Below, piece by piece: positions 15,807 to 24,000 of a stretch of 24,000 nucleotides of DNA. The DNA is taken from the NCBI GenBank assembly GCA_018675335.1, contig JABGYH010000008.1:38605-62604 (forward strand), read 5' to 3'. The notes under the pieces were generated by a model. The model ran no database searches. It saw nothing but the letters and a program-made list of their open reading frames with translations, and was not told the origin of the DNA. A program made the translations under genes and the position numbers. This stretch comes from Candidatus Woesearchaeota archaeon (lineage in GTDB: Archaea > Nanobdellota > Nanobdellia > Woesearchaeales > UBA11576). Numbering within the stretch: position 1 is the stretch's first letter; each line of letters starts with the position of its first letter.

Positions 15807-17586
15807 ATTGAAATCCGAAGATTTAACATTTCATTCATTAAAAGCAATTAGTCCAATTGATGGACGCCACAGAGTATTAACTGCAAAACTTTCAGAATGG
15901 TTTTCAGAATATGCCTACCACAAATACAGAATCTATTTGGAAGTTGAATACTTAATTGCACTTTCTGAAAATAAAGAATTTGAATCAGTACGAGAATTAA
16001 CTGCAACAGAAAAAGATTTTTTAAGAAAAATAGTTGAAGAATTTTCGCTCGAAGATGCACAAATCATACAAAATATTGATATGTTCGGATACAATGGACT
16101 TGGACCAACCAATCACGATTTTAAAGCATGCGAATATTTTCTAAAAATGCAAATGGAAAAATCAAGTTTGAAAGACTTACTTGAAATGGTACATTTTGGA
16201 CTTACTACTGAAGATGCAAACAATGTAGCATACAGTTGTAAAATAAGAGGTGCTCTCAAAAATCATTATGTTCCTGCAATGGTAGAACTACTAAACATGT
16301 TAGAAGAATTATGCACTGCTGAAAAAAATACCCCCATGCTTTCAAAAACTCACGGCCAACCTGCAACTCCAACAACATTTGGAAAAGAAATGGCAAACTA
16401 TTTAGAAAGACTAAGAAAAGAATTAGAATTTTTAATTGGAATGAAATTACCTGCAAAAGTAAATGGCGCAGTTGGAAATCATGCAGCACAACAATTTAGC
16501 GCACCAGAAGTAAACTGGCTTGAATTCACACAAAAATTTATTTCAGACCTAGGTTTTGAACCAAACTTATTCACAACACAAATTGAACACCACGACGGAT
16601 ACACCCGATTATTTAGTTGTTTGATAAGTATCAACAACATACTAAGAGACTTAGCAACCAATCTTTGGCTATACACATCTGACGGATACATTATTCAGAA
16701 AAAAATAGCACATGAAGTTGGTTCGTCAACAATGCCTCACAAAATAAATCCTTGGAGAGTAGAAGTTGCTGAAGGACAAACCGTAGAAGCTAACTATAAA
16801 CTAATGGGATTCATACAAAAACTACAAGTTTCAAGATATCAAAGAGATTTATCAGATCATGAAGCAGAAAGAGCAATAGGAGTTGGAATCACACACTCAT
16901 ACTTAGCAGTAGTTCACATTGTTCAAGAGCTTGGAAGATTCACCGTTAATAAACAAAAAATGCTCGACAACTTAACTTCAATGGGAAGTGTGTTAACAGA
17001 AGCCATACAAACCCTACTTAGAAAAGAAGGATACGAAAAACCATATGAACTTATGAAAGATTTTTCTCGAGGAAAACATTTCACCGTAGCTGAATTACAC
17101 CAATTTATTGATGCGATGCAAATAATGGATGCAACAAAAACTAAATTAAAAAGTTTACGTCCTGAAGAATATGTTGGACTTAGTTCAAGACTAACAGAAC
17201 TTGCAATAAGAAAATGGCAAAAATTCAAAGACGATAATGAATTAACCAAACCACAAATTGAAGGAGTTGTAATTAATTGCACCATCATGAATTCCAGTTT
17301 AGTTGAAGAAATAAAATACGTTGTTCCCGAACTTATGAAAAAAGGAATGGGAGTTTTTGGAATATGTTCAGATACCGAACTTGAATCAACATTCGAAAAA
17401 GTGTTAGTAAATCCTGCTGACGAAATTAGCAGAAACATGATTTATGTAGGAGTTTACGATCAGACATTCAAACAGTTGCAACAAAAAGGAGTTACTTGCG
17501 TTAACTTAGAACAATTAAGTACATACAAAGCAGAATACAACATATATAGATTAAAAGAAATAATTGATTTGATTAAATTATTTTAA
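15799..17586 (+). CDS. purB: Adenylosuccinate lyase with about 106-aa C-terminal extension (HAD-like, catalytically degenerate)
   Basis: AISPIDGRHRVLTAKL, TSMG-like region VHFGLTTEDANN, signature GSSTMPHKINPW; extra C-terminal domain from about residue 489. GTG start at 15799 or TTG at 15808. Confidence 0.93.
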   Translation: MSRLKSEDLTFHSLKAISPIDGRHRVLTAKLSEWFSEYAYHKYRIYLEVEYLIALSENKEFESVRELTATEKDFLRKIVEEFSLEDAQIIQNIDMFGYNGLGPTNHDFKACEYFLKMQMEKSSLKDLLEMVHFGLTTEDANNVAYSCKIRGALKNHYVPAMVELLNMLEELCTAEKNTPMLSKTHGQPATPTTFGKEMANYLERLRKELEFLIGMKLPAKVNGAVGNHAAQQFSAPEVNWLEFTQKFISDLGFEPNLFTTQIEHHDGYTRLFSCLISINNILRDLATNLWLYTSDGYIIQKKIAHEVGSSTMPHKINPWRVEVAEGQTVEANYKLMGFIQKLQVSRYQRDLSDHEAERAIGVGITHSYLAVVHIVQELGRFTVNKQKMLDNLTSMGSVLTEAIQTLLRKEGYEKPYELMKDFSRGKHFTVAELHQFIDAMQIMDATKTKLKSLRPEEYVGLSSRLTELAIRKWQKFKDDNELTKPQIEGVVINCTIMNSSLVEEIKYVVPELMKKGMGVFGICSDTELESTFEKVLVNPADEISRNMIYVGVYDQTFKQLQQKGVTCVNLEQLSTYKAEYNIYRLKEIIDLIKLF

Positions 17587-17686
17587 TTCAAATTTTTTTA
17601 ATCTAAAATATATTCAAATTTTTTTAAATTTAAACATTGCCAAAATGGATAAAAAAACAAAAATAAACTAAGGGAAGGGATGTGAA

Positions 17687-19972
17687 ATGAGTCAGAAAAA
17701 TGTTGCCATCTTAGGTGGCCAATGGGGAGATGAAGGAAAAGGAAAAATTGTCGACTATGCAGCAGAGCACTTTCAAGTTGTTGCAAGAGCTACCGGCGGA
17801 AACAATGCAGGACACACAATTTATCTTAATGGACACAAACATATTTTCCACTTATTACCTTCATCAATAACATGGGATCATGCAGTAAGCATTCTTGGAA
17901 ATGGAATGGTAATTGATCCATTTGTATTACTAAAAGAAATTAAAGTATTACAAGACAAAGGATATGTTATCAAAAACTTAAACATCGCAGGAAATGCACA
18001 CGTGATAATGTTATATCACAAATTGCAAGACGGATATCAAGAAAGAAGTAAAAAAGGAAATTCCAAAATTGGAACAACCAAAAGAGGAATTGGGCCAACT
18101 TATGCAGATAAAAAACACAGAACAGGCGTACGAATTAATGATTTACTTGATAAAAAAATACTTGCAAATAAAATTATGAGTCACGTACTTGAAAAATTTG
18201 CATTATTCAAACACATCTACGAAGAAGATCATGATGATGCAGTAGCAGAATTAATTTCCGCATTACCAGAAGAAGAAATGTTTAGCGAATACAAAGAAGT
18301 TGTAATGGCTGAAAAAGGAAAACTAAATCCAATTAAAATCGCAGAAGTATTAACTGAAATATACTGGGACATTGGAAAAAAATTAAAACAATATGTTACT
18401 GATGCGAGAGTATTGCTCAAAACATCAATATTAGAAAATAAAAATGTATTGCTTGAAGGTGCACAAGGAATATTACTTGACATAGATCATGGAACCTACC
18501 CTTACGTAACATCTTCAAATCCATCAGTTGGCGGACTTAAAACTGGACTTGGAGTTTCAAGAATCGACCAAGTTTATAGTTTAATCAAAGCATACACTAC
18601 AAGAGTTGGAGGTGGACCATTTCCAACAGAACTTGAAGATGAAACTGGCAAATACTTACGTGATAAAGGAGGAGAATATGGTTCAACAACTGGAAGACCT
18701 CGACGATGTGGATGGCACGACGCAATACTTATGAGACACACCGCACACATTAATGGAGGCCGCGCAGTAATTACAAAACTTGATGTATTAACTGGACTAT
18801 CCAAATTAAAAATTTGTAATGCATACAAATACACAGGACCTCAAAGAATATATAATGGTGAAATGTTATTTTCAGGAAAACTAATTAGAGATTTTCCAAC
18901 AGATGCAAGCGTTCTTGAACATTGTATGCCTGAAGAATTTGTTGAAATGAATGGGTGGAGTGAAGACATAACACACATTAGAAACTACGAAGAATTACCA
19001 TTAAACGCAAAAAAGTATTTGGAAATGATGGAAATTACTGGAGAGATGGAAATTGCACTTGTTAGCGTCGGACCAGAAAGAGATCAAGTAATACCTATGA
19101 AAGATCGATGGTTACATAATATTGACAAACAAGCTAATACAAAACCGCAATCAACACAAGAACCAAAAACAGAAGTAAACCACGAACCAAAAATAAATAA
19201 TTCACAACCCGAAGTTACTCACGCAACACAAACTCAAAGTGAAACTGTTTTGCCAACAAACACAACTAACACCGAAACAAAAACTGACAACAAAAATAAC
19301 CAATACAAAGCAATAATTTATGACTTTGACAACACACTTGTTGCAACAGATGACTTCGTATGTGATCTAATGCGAAAAACTGCACAAATGATGAGTTTAT
19401 ACATGAACTTTAGAGTACCGCCTGTTGAAAGAATACAAGAAATACAAAGAAAAAATTTAGGCTTTGAAGACATGTTTGATGAATTATTTCCAAATCCGGA
19501 CGGTTATCAAGGAAGTGAACCACTAGCTAAAGTTGTGCTTGCAAAATATCGCGAACAAGCAAAACAAATGCACTACTTACCAACACCAAATGGAATTGAG
19601 TTTGTAAAAAAAATGAAACAAAATGGCCTTGTGCAAGGAATAGTAACAAACAGAGTTAAAATGATTTCAGAAAGACTAAATCAAGCAGGATATCCTCAAC
19701 TTGAATTCGCAATTGCACCCGAAACAAAAGAACATCGCAAACCAAATCCACTAGCATTCAAAGGTGCACTTGAACAACTAGAACAAAAAGGAATTAAAAA
19801 AGAAGAAATTCTAGTTTTAGGAGATCATACCCATGATTATTTAGCAGCAAGAGATGCAGGGCTAGAATTCATAGGAGTTTTAACAGGACTTACAGGAATG
19901 AAAGATTTTGAAAACGCTGGACTTCCAAGAAGTAGAATTGTTGAACATTTCGGACAAATTGGGATAAACTGA
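17687..19972 (+). CDS. purA: Adenylosuccinate synthetase fused to a C-terminal HAD-superfamily hydrolase
   Basis: N-terminal VAILGGQWGDEGKGKIVDYAA, GGNNAGHTI, QGILLDIDHGTYPYVTSSNPS-like LLEGAQGILLDIDHGTYPYVTSSNPSVGG; residues about 540-761 carry HAD motifs YDFDNTLV, IVTNR, KPNPLAF, VLGDHTHDYLAARDAG. Confidence 0.96.
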   Translation: MSQKNVAILGGQWGDEGKGKIVDYAAEHFQVVARATGGNNAGHTIYLNGHKHIFHLLPSSITWDHAVSILGNGMVIDPFVLLKEIKVLQDKGYVIKNLNIAGNAHVIMLYHKLQDGYQERSKKGNSKIGTTKRGIGPTYADKKHRTGVRINDLLDKKILANKIMSHVLEKFALFKHIYEEDHDDAVAELISALPEEEMFSEYKEVVMAEKGKLNPIKIAEVLTEIYWDIGKKLKQYVTDARVLLKTSILENKNVLLEGAQGILLDIDHGTYPYVTSSNPSVGGLKTGLGVSRIDQVYSLIKAYTTRVGGGPFPTELEDETGKYLRDKGGEYGSTTGRPRRCGWHDAILMRHTAHINGGRAVITKLDVLTGLSKLKICNAYKYTGPQRIYNGEMLFSGKLIRDFPTDASVLEHCMPEEFVEMNGWSEDITHIRNYEELPLNAKKYLEMMEITGEMEIALVSVGPERDQVIPMKDRWLHNIDKQANTKPQSTQEPKTEVNHEPKINNSQPEVTHATQTQSETVLPTNTTNTETKTDNKNNQYKAIIYDFDNTLVATDDFVCDLMRKTAQMMSLYMNFRVPPVERIQEIQRKNLGFEDMFDELFPNPDGYQGSEPLAKVVLAKYREQAKQMHYLPTPNGIEFVKKMKQNGLVQGIVTNRVKMISERLNQAGYPQLEFAIAPETKEHRKPNPLAFKGALEQLEQKGIKKEEILVLGDHTHDYLAARDAGLEFIGVLTGLTGMKDFENAGLPRSRIVEHFGQIGIN

Positions 19973-19995
19973 TTTTTTTATTTTTTTTATTTAAA
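19973..19995 (+). terminator. T-rich terminator after purA-HAD
   Basis: Uninterrupted oligo-T tracts directly after the TGA stop. Confidence 0.5.
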
Positions 19996-20183
19996 AAGAT
20001 ATATTGTAGGGAATAGTAATAAATTTAAACCTACGAAAAATTATTTATTATACTTTTTATACAATTTTAAAAAAAATCTAATTTCTGGCGTGGAAAACTT
20101 ATACCTAGATATTAAACTAATAATATCATAATAGTACAAGTTATATTAACATATATAATTTAAAACCAATAAATACATGAGGA

Positions 20184-21251
20184 TTGAAAAATATGAACGA
20201 GTTAGCACAATTTAAAAACGCATCAACATTTTCACACATAGGCAGAAATGCAGCAGGAATCCAATTTTTAATTCAATCCCTAAATAAGGCTCCCAACCAC
20301 ACATTAGAAGTTGGAAGTGGCTGCATAGAACCAGTTTACGTTTCACATTTATTACCTGAACAATCAGACTTATACTCAGTAGATGTTAATGGACAAATAA
20401 TTTCTGCACTAGCACATTTAAGTTCTGGAGAACGAGTAAATCTTGCTAGCTTAGAAAAACTTGTTTGTAATAAACAAGCAGATGGCACGCCTAGACCAAA
20501 CAGTGATTTAACTGATCCCAAAATTATTGAAATTGGACTACGAGAATTAGAATTTGCAGGCCTAGATCCTTCCAGGTTTTTTCAAAATAATGAATATTTG
20601 TTGCCACCAGGAGGTGCAAGAATTATCCCTGTTTGTTCTGACCTTGAAACTTATGCAAAACAAACCCCCCAATTATTTGACTTAGTTTATGCAGGAGTCG
20701 TACTACTAAATATTGCTAAAACAGTGGATTCTCGAGACCAATTAGTTGAACTCGTTGCAAGTTTAATTTCCGCAGTGAAAGAAGGAGGAGTTTTAGGAAT
20801 TGGAACAACCCCCGCCGCACTTTACGGCGAAAAATCAACTCCAGGACTTTTAGAATCTGCAGGAGGAACAATTACTGATATTTACATAGATAGTTTAGTT
20901 CGTGCAAAAATTGGCTCAGGTTACAAAGTATTTGGAGGCCACATGATTCGAACAGTTCCTTGCGATCAACCAGGATTATCAAGAGTTGATGAAACTGAAA
21001 TTGATGAAAGACTTTCAAGAAGTCCAGTTTTTCAAGGAGTGGGAATTATAAAGGAAGTTTATTCAAATGATGTTTTAAATGGATATTTAGAAACTCAAAG
21101 CAAATCAAGAACACACATGTTACTTGCAACAATGAGAACTGTCAGAGGATATGTTGTTTGGAGTGCAAAAAAAGACTCATTTGTTGAACAGATCCCATTA
21201 CAACGAACACAAATAGGAATAATTCCCGGACTCGAATACAAGGCAAAATAA
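20184..21251 (+). CDS. SAM-dependent methyltransferase-like protein
   Basis: HTLEVGSGCIEPVYVSHLLPEQSDLYSVDVNGQIISAL (motif I and acidic beta2), DLVYAGVVLLNI, LVASLISAVKEGGVLGIGTTP. Confidence 0.6.
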   Translation: MKNMNELAQFKNASTFSHIGRNAAGIQFLIQSLNKAPNHTLEVGSGCIEPVYVSHLLPEQSDLYSVDVNGQIISALAHLSSGERVNLASLEKLVCNKQADGTPRPNSDLTDPKIIEIGLRELEFAGLDPSRFFQNNEYLLPPGGARIIPVCSDLETYAKQTPQLFDLVYAGVVLLNIAKTVDSRDQLVELVASLISAVKEGGVLGIGTTPAALYGEKSTPGLLESAGGTITDIYIDSLVRAKIGSGYKVFGGHMIRTVPCDQPGLSRVDETEIDERLSRSPVFQGVGIIKEVYSNDVLNGYLETQSKSRTHMLLATMRTVRGYVVWSAKKDSFVEQIPLQRTQIGIIPGLEYKAK

Positions 21252-21376
21252 AAACTATTTAAACTAAAATAAATAAAGCTAATAAACACATATTTGCAAA
21301 TAGGAAGTTTAATTAAGCTGAAAACAAAAAAAATAATGATTAAATTAATCAAATTACATTACTTGAGGGAAAAAAA

Positions 21377-22939
21377 ATGAGGAAAAATATATTTTTAATT
21401 TTAACACTGACACTATTACTAGGGACATTATTAATTTCTGGATGTGCAAAACAACAATACGTACCACAAACAGCTGATCCAGTATCAAGCGCAACAGACT
21501 TAATAGACTTAGAACCCAAACAAGAAGAAGTAGTTGTAGATATTGAAATTGACTCAGAAGAATTATTAAAAGATTCCGAAGAAGAACCTGTAAAAATCGA
21601 AACTCCAGTTCTCGATAAAAGAATTGTTGCACTAAAAAAAGCAACAGAAAAAGTCCAATCATACGAATTCTTTTACAGAGGAGTAAATGAGGGAAAATAC
21701 GCAAATGTTTTATCAAAAATGAGCCATTTTTTTGTATATAAAAATGCAGTTAAAATAATCATTCCAAAAAAACAAAACTATTTTCCAGAAGATGTTTTTA
21801 ACATAGTATATTTAGATAAAGCAAATAAAAAAGCATATGGTTACTGTACAGATTTTAAATACTGTGCAAAAATGGATTCACTAAGAGAATTAAATTATGA
21901 TGATTACAATATCGAATTACCACTCGAACTTACAAAAAATATTGAATTTGCAAGTTATGTAAAAAAACAACAAATAGAATTATCAAAAGATTCAATCGTT
22001 GTAGAATATTTTGAAGGTAAATCTGGAGAAGATAAAGTATGGCTTTGGATTTACGAATACAACGGCGCAGTATTACAGAAAGAAACATTCAAACAAGATG
22101 GAAAAGTAATTACTATTGATTTTGATGAAATGCTTTTTAATAAAGTAAACAAAGAAGATGTATATCCTCCAAAAGACGTTTTACCACCTGGATTTGGAAA
22201 TCAAATAATACCTGACGAGGAAAAATCAAACACAGATACGAGTTCCACTGAAATACAAACAACACAAACTCAACTAAGTGACACTGCAGGCGTAAATAAA
22301 GACTGTGTCACAATACAAGGACTTATGAGAGTTTCAGAAGACACTAAAATTTGTCCTGGAACTTACACATTAAGACAAGGAATAAGTATTTCTGAATCAA
22401 ATGTAACACTTGATTGTAATGGTGCAACAATACAAGGTTCACCACATGATTACTTAGATAAAGATATTGTAGGAGTTAATTTCAGATCAGATTCCCGAGG
22501 AGTAAAACTAATTAATTGCGTAATTAAGGACTTTGGAATAGGAGTTAAATTAACCACAGATAGTAACTTTTTATTCAATAATACAATAACAAAAAATAGT
22601 GTTGGAGTACTTATGGAACAACTAGATTACCCATATTATGTGGACTTTGAAATCAAAGAAAATGAATTATTAAAAAACAGAATTTTTGATAATGATCGAC
22701 AAGTGGGCGTTGATGATCAAACTTATGACATATACGCAGATGAATTAAGAGATGTTATTGCCAATGAAAACTATTGGGGTGAAGACTTAAAAGACGGATG
22801 TAAATATATTCGATTTTTTGATAAAGCTCACGTAGAAATTTATGATAAAGGCAGAATATCAACAAAGAAAATGATAATTACAACCACATCTTATGAAGAT
22901 ATAGAAATGACAAAGAAAAAAATCTGCCCAATAGAATAA
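21377..22939 (+). CDS. Lipoprotein with NosD-like right-handed beta-helix repeat region
   Basis: MRKNIFLILTLTLLLGTLLISGCAKQQ lipobox; LDCNGATIQGS...GVNFRSDSRGVKLINCVIKDFGIGVKLTTDSNFLFNNTITKNSVGVLM repeats. Confidence 0.75.
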   Translation: MRKNIFLILTLTLLLGTLLISGCAKQQYVPQTADPVSSATDLIDLEPKQEEVVVDIEIDSEELLKDSEEEPVKIETPVLDKRIVALKKATEKVQSYEFFYRGVNEGKYANVLSKMSHFFVYKNAVKIIIPKKQNYFPEDVFNIVYLDKANKKAYGYCTDFKYCAKMDSLRELNYDDYNIELPLELTKNIEFASYVKKQQIELSKDSIVVEYFEGKSGEDKVWLWIYEYNGAVLQKETFKQDGKVITIDFDEMLFNKVNKEDVYPPKDVLPPGFGNQIIPDEEKSNTDTSSTEIQTTQTQLSDTAGVNKDCVTIQGLMRVSEDTKICPGTYTLRQGISISESNVTLDCNGATIQGSPHDYLDKDIVGVNFRSDSRGVKLINCVIKDFGIGVKLTTDSNFLFNNTITKNSVGVLMEQLDYPYYVDFEIKENELLKNRIFDNDRQVGVDDQTYDIYADELRDVIANENYWGEDLKDGCKYIRFFDKAHVEIYDKGRISTKKMIITTTSYEDIEMTKKKICPIE

Positions 22940-23041
22940 TAATTTGATAAAAAAAATAATCAAAAAAAAAAAATATTTAAATTTTTTATTATATTTTTAT
23001 TTTTTAAATTTAATTAACAACCCCGCAATCACTTCTTATTT

Positions 23042-24000
23042 TTAATCATACATTTTACTTACAGAACCATTATGTTCAATTCTAAAAATTGCTTCTGCAA
23101 AAACATCTTCAACTGGAACTTCAATATAATAATCTCTCGCATCAATAATTGCCCTATCATGCGTAACTGCATTTGTTGTGAAAAAATAATTCAAAACTCC
23201 GTCAGAATGTAATCTATCAAGCAAAACTAATGCAGGATGATTTAGTAATGATAATGCTGCTGCAAAAGAAACATTCATCGCACCTTCTTCTTTTACCAAT
23301 CTACAACCTTTATCTCCAGTCCCAAATGTTGCCACCAAATCATCAATTATTAATGAACTTAAACCTTTACCCTTACTATCAACAAACTGGCGAATTCGTC
23401 GCATTATTTGTCTAGCTACTTCTGGATCACTAATATCCCCGTTAACCATCCTATCAATTTCGCGAAGTTGCGCTATAGGATCAACCTCATATTGCACGAT
23501 ATCACCTATTAATTGTGCACTAGCAATTGTACTTGGATTACTATAATCTCTTTCTTTGTAAATAATACCCATTTTTGATCCAGTTTTGTTAGCAACGTGC
23601 CTAGCCCTTGTAGCACCACCAATATCCGGCGAAATACAAACCATATCATTAAAACCAATAATATCATTTATAGCTGCAATTAAATTTTTACTAGAATAAA
23701 GCGTTTCTAATTGTGCAGTTCTAAAAAAACCACGAATAGCCCTATTGTGAATATCCATAGTCAAAACTCTTTTTACAACTCCCATTCCTGCATCTTCAAT
23801 TTCTCTTGAGACCATTCTTGCAGTTAAACCTTCTCTATCAAGAACTTTATCTTGACGCGCATAAGGAAAAACTGGAAGAACTGCAGTAATTTCTGATGCT
23901 CTTGCTTCCTTTGCTGCGTCGATTGCAGTTTTTAATGCCATGAAATTATCATTTACACTATGACGCGTAAAAAATTCTTGTGAAGAAAGTAACTTACCTC
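23042..24000 (-). CDS. prs: Ribose-phosphate pyrophosphokinase (PRPP synthetase), divergent, 5' end beyond window
   Basis: Frame stays open upstream of the listed Met: GKLLSSQEFFTRHSVNDNFMALKTAIDAAKEARASEITAVLPVFPYARQDKVLDREGLTARMV...; VCISPDIGGATRARHVA; LIIDDLVATFGTGD as PRPP loop. Confidence 0.9.
   Translation of the reverse strand, partial: GKLLSSQEFFTRHSVNDNFMALKTAIDAAKEARASEITAVLPVFPYARQDKVLDREGLTARMVSREIEDAGMGVVKRVLTMDIHNRAIRGFFRTAQLETLYSSKNLIAAINDIIGFNDMVCISPDIGGATRARHVANKTGSKMGIIYKERDYSNPSTIASAQLIGDIVQYEVDPIAQLREIDRMVNGDISDPEVARQIMRRIRQFVDSKGKGLSSLIIDDLVATFGTGDKGCRLVKEEGAMNVSFAAALSLLNHPALVLLDRLHSDGVLNYFFTTNAVTHDRAIIDARDYYIEVPVEDVFAEAIFRIEHNGSVSKMYD

Noticed and set aside
16923-17438. 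171-aa minus-strand ORF
   Set aside because: Completely antisense to purB, which has strong family motifs; a codon-bias shadow ORF.
23230-23415. 61-aa plus-strand ORF inside the prs region
   Set aside because: Antisense to the well-supported PRPP synthetase frame.
1-24000. CRISPR arrays, cas genes, transposases, rRNA
   Set aside because: No regularly spaced direct repeats, Cas-like proteins, transposase motifs or rRNA sequence found by reading.

Overview
AT-rich archaeal chromosomal window. Gene style and protein flavour look like a DPANN lineage such as Woesearchaeota, but this is inference. It is densely coding, with no CRISPR array, rRNA or recognisable transposase. Housekeeping content: metallophosphoesterase (5' end complete, 3' part off-window), rubrerythrin, CoiA-like Zn-ribbon protein, HTH_10 and TrmB-like regulators, a radical SAM protein, a MacB/LolD-type ABC exporter operon with a secreted helical protein upstream, tRNA-Ile(GAU), adenylosuccinate lyase and synthetase, a methyltransferase-like protein, a beta-helix lipoprotein and a divergent PRPP synthetase running off the right edge. 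Most unusual: (1) PurA (17687-19972) is fused through a low-complexity linker to a complete HAD-type phosphatase domain. (2) The neighbouring PurB (15799-17586) has a C-terminal tail that looks like a shrunken HAD-like domain without the catalytic aspartates. (3) A Hel308/Ski2-family helicase (13784-15376) starts cleanly at RecA2, lacks the whole Walker A/DExH RecA1 half, and has its own leaderless-type promoter. Smaller oddities: a degenerate kinase-like protein with a VTDFG motif, an orphan 61-codon fragment, an operator-like palindrome, a 22-bp tandem duplication holding the stop codons of two convergent genes, and a C-rich hairpin ahead of purB.
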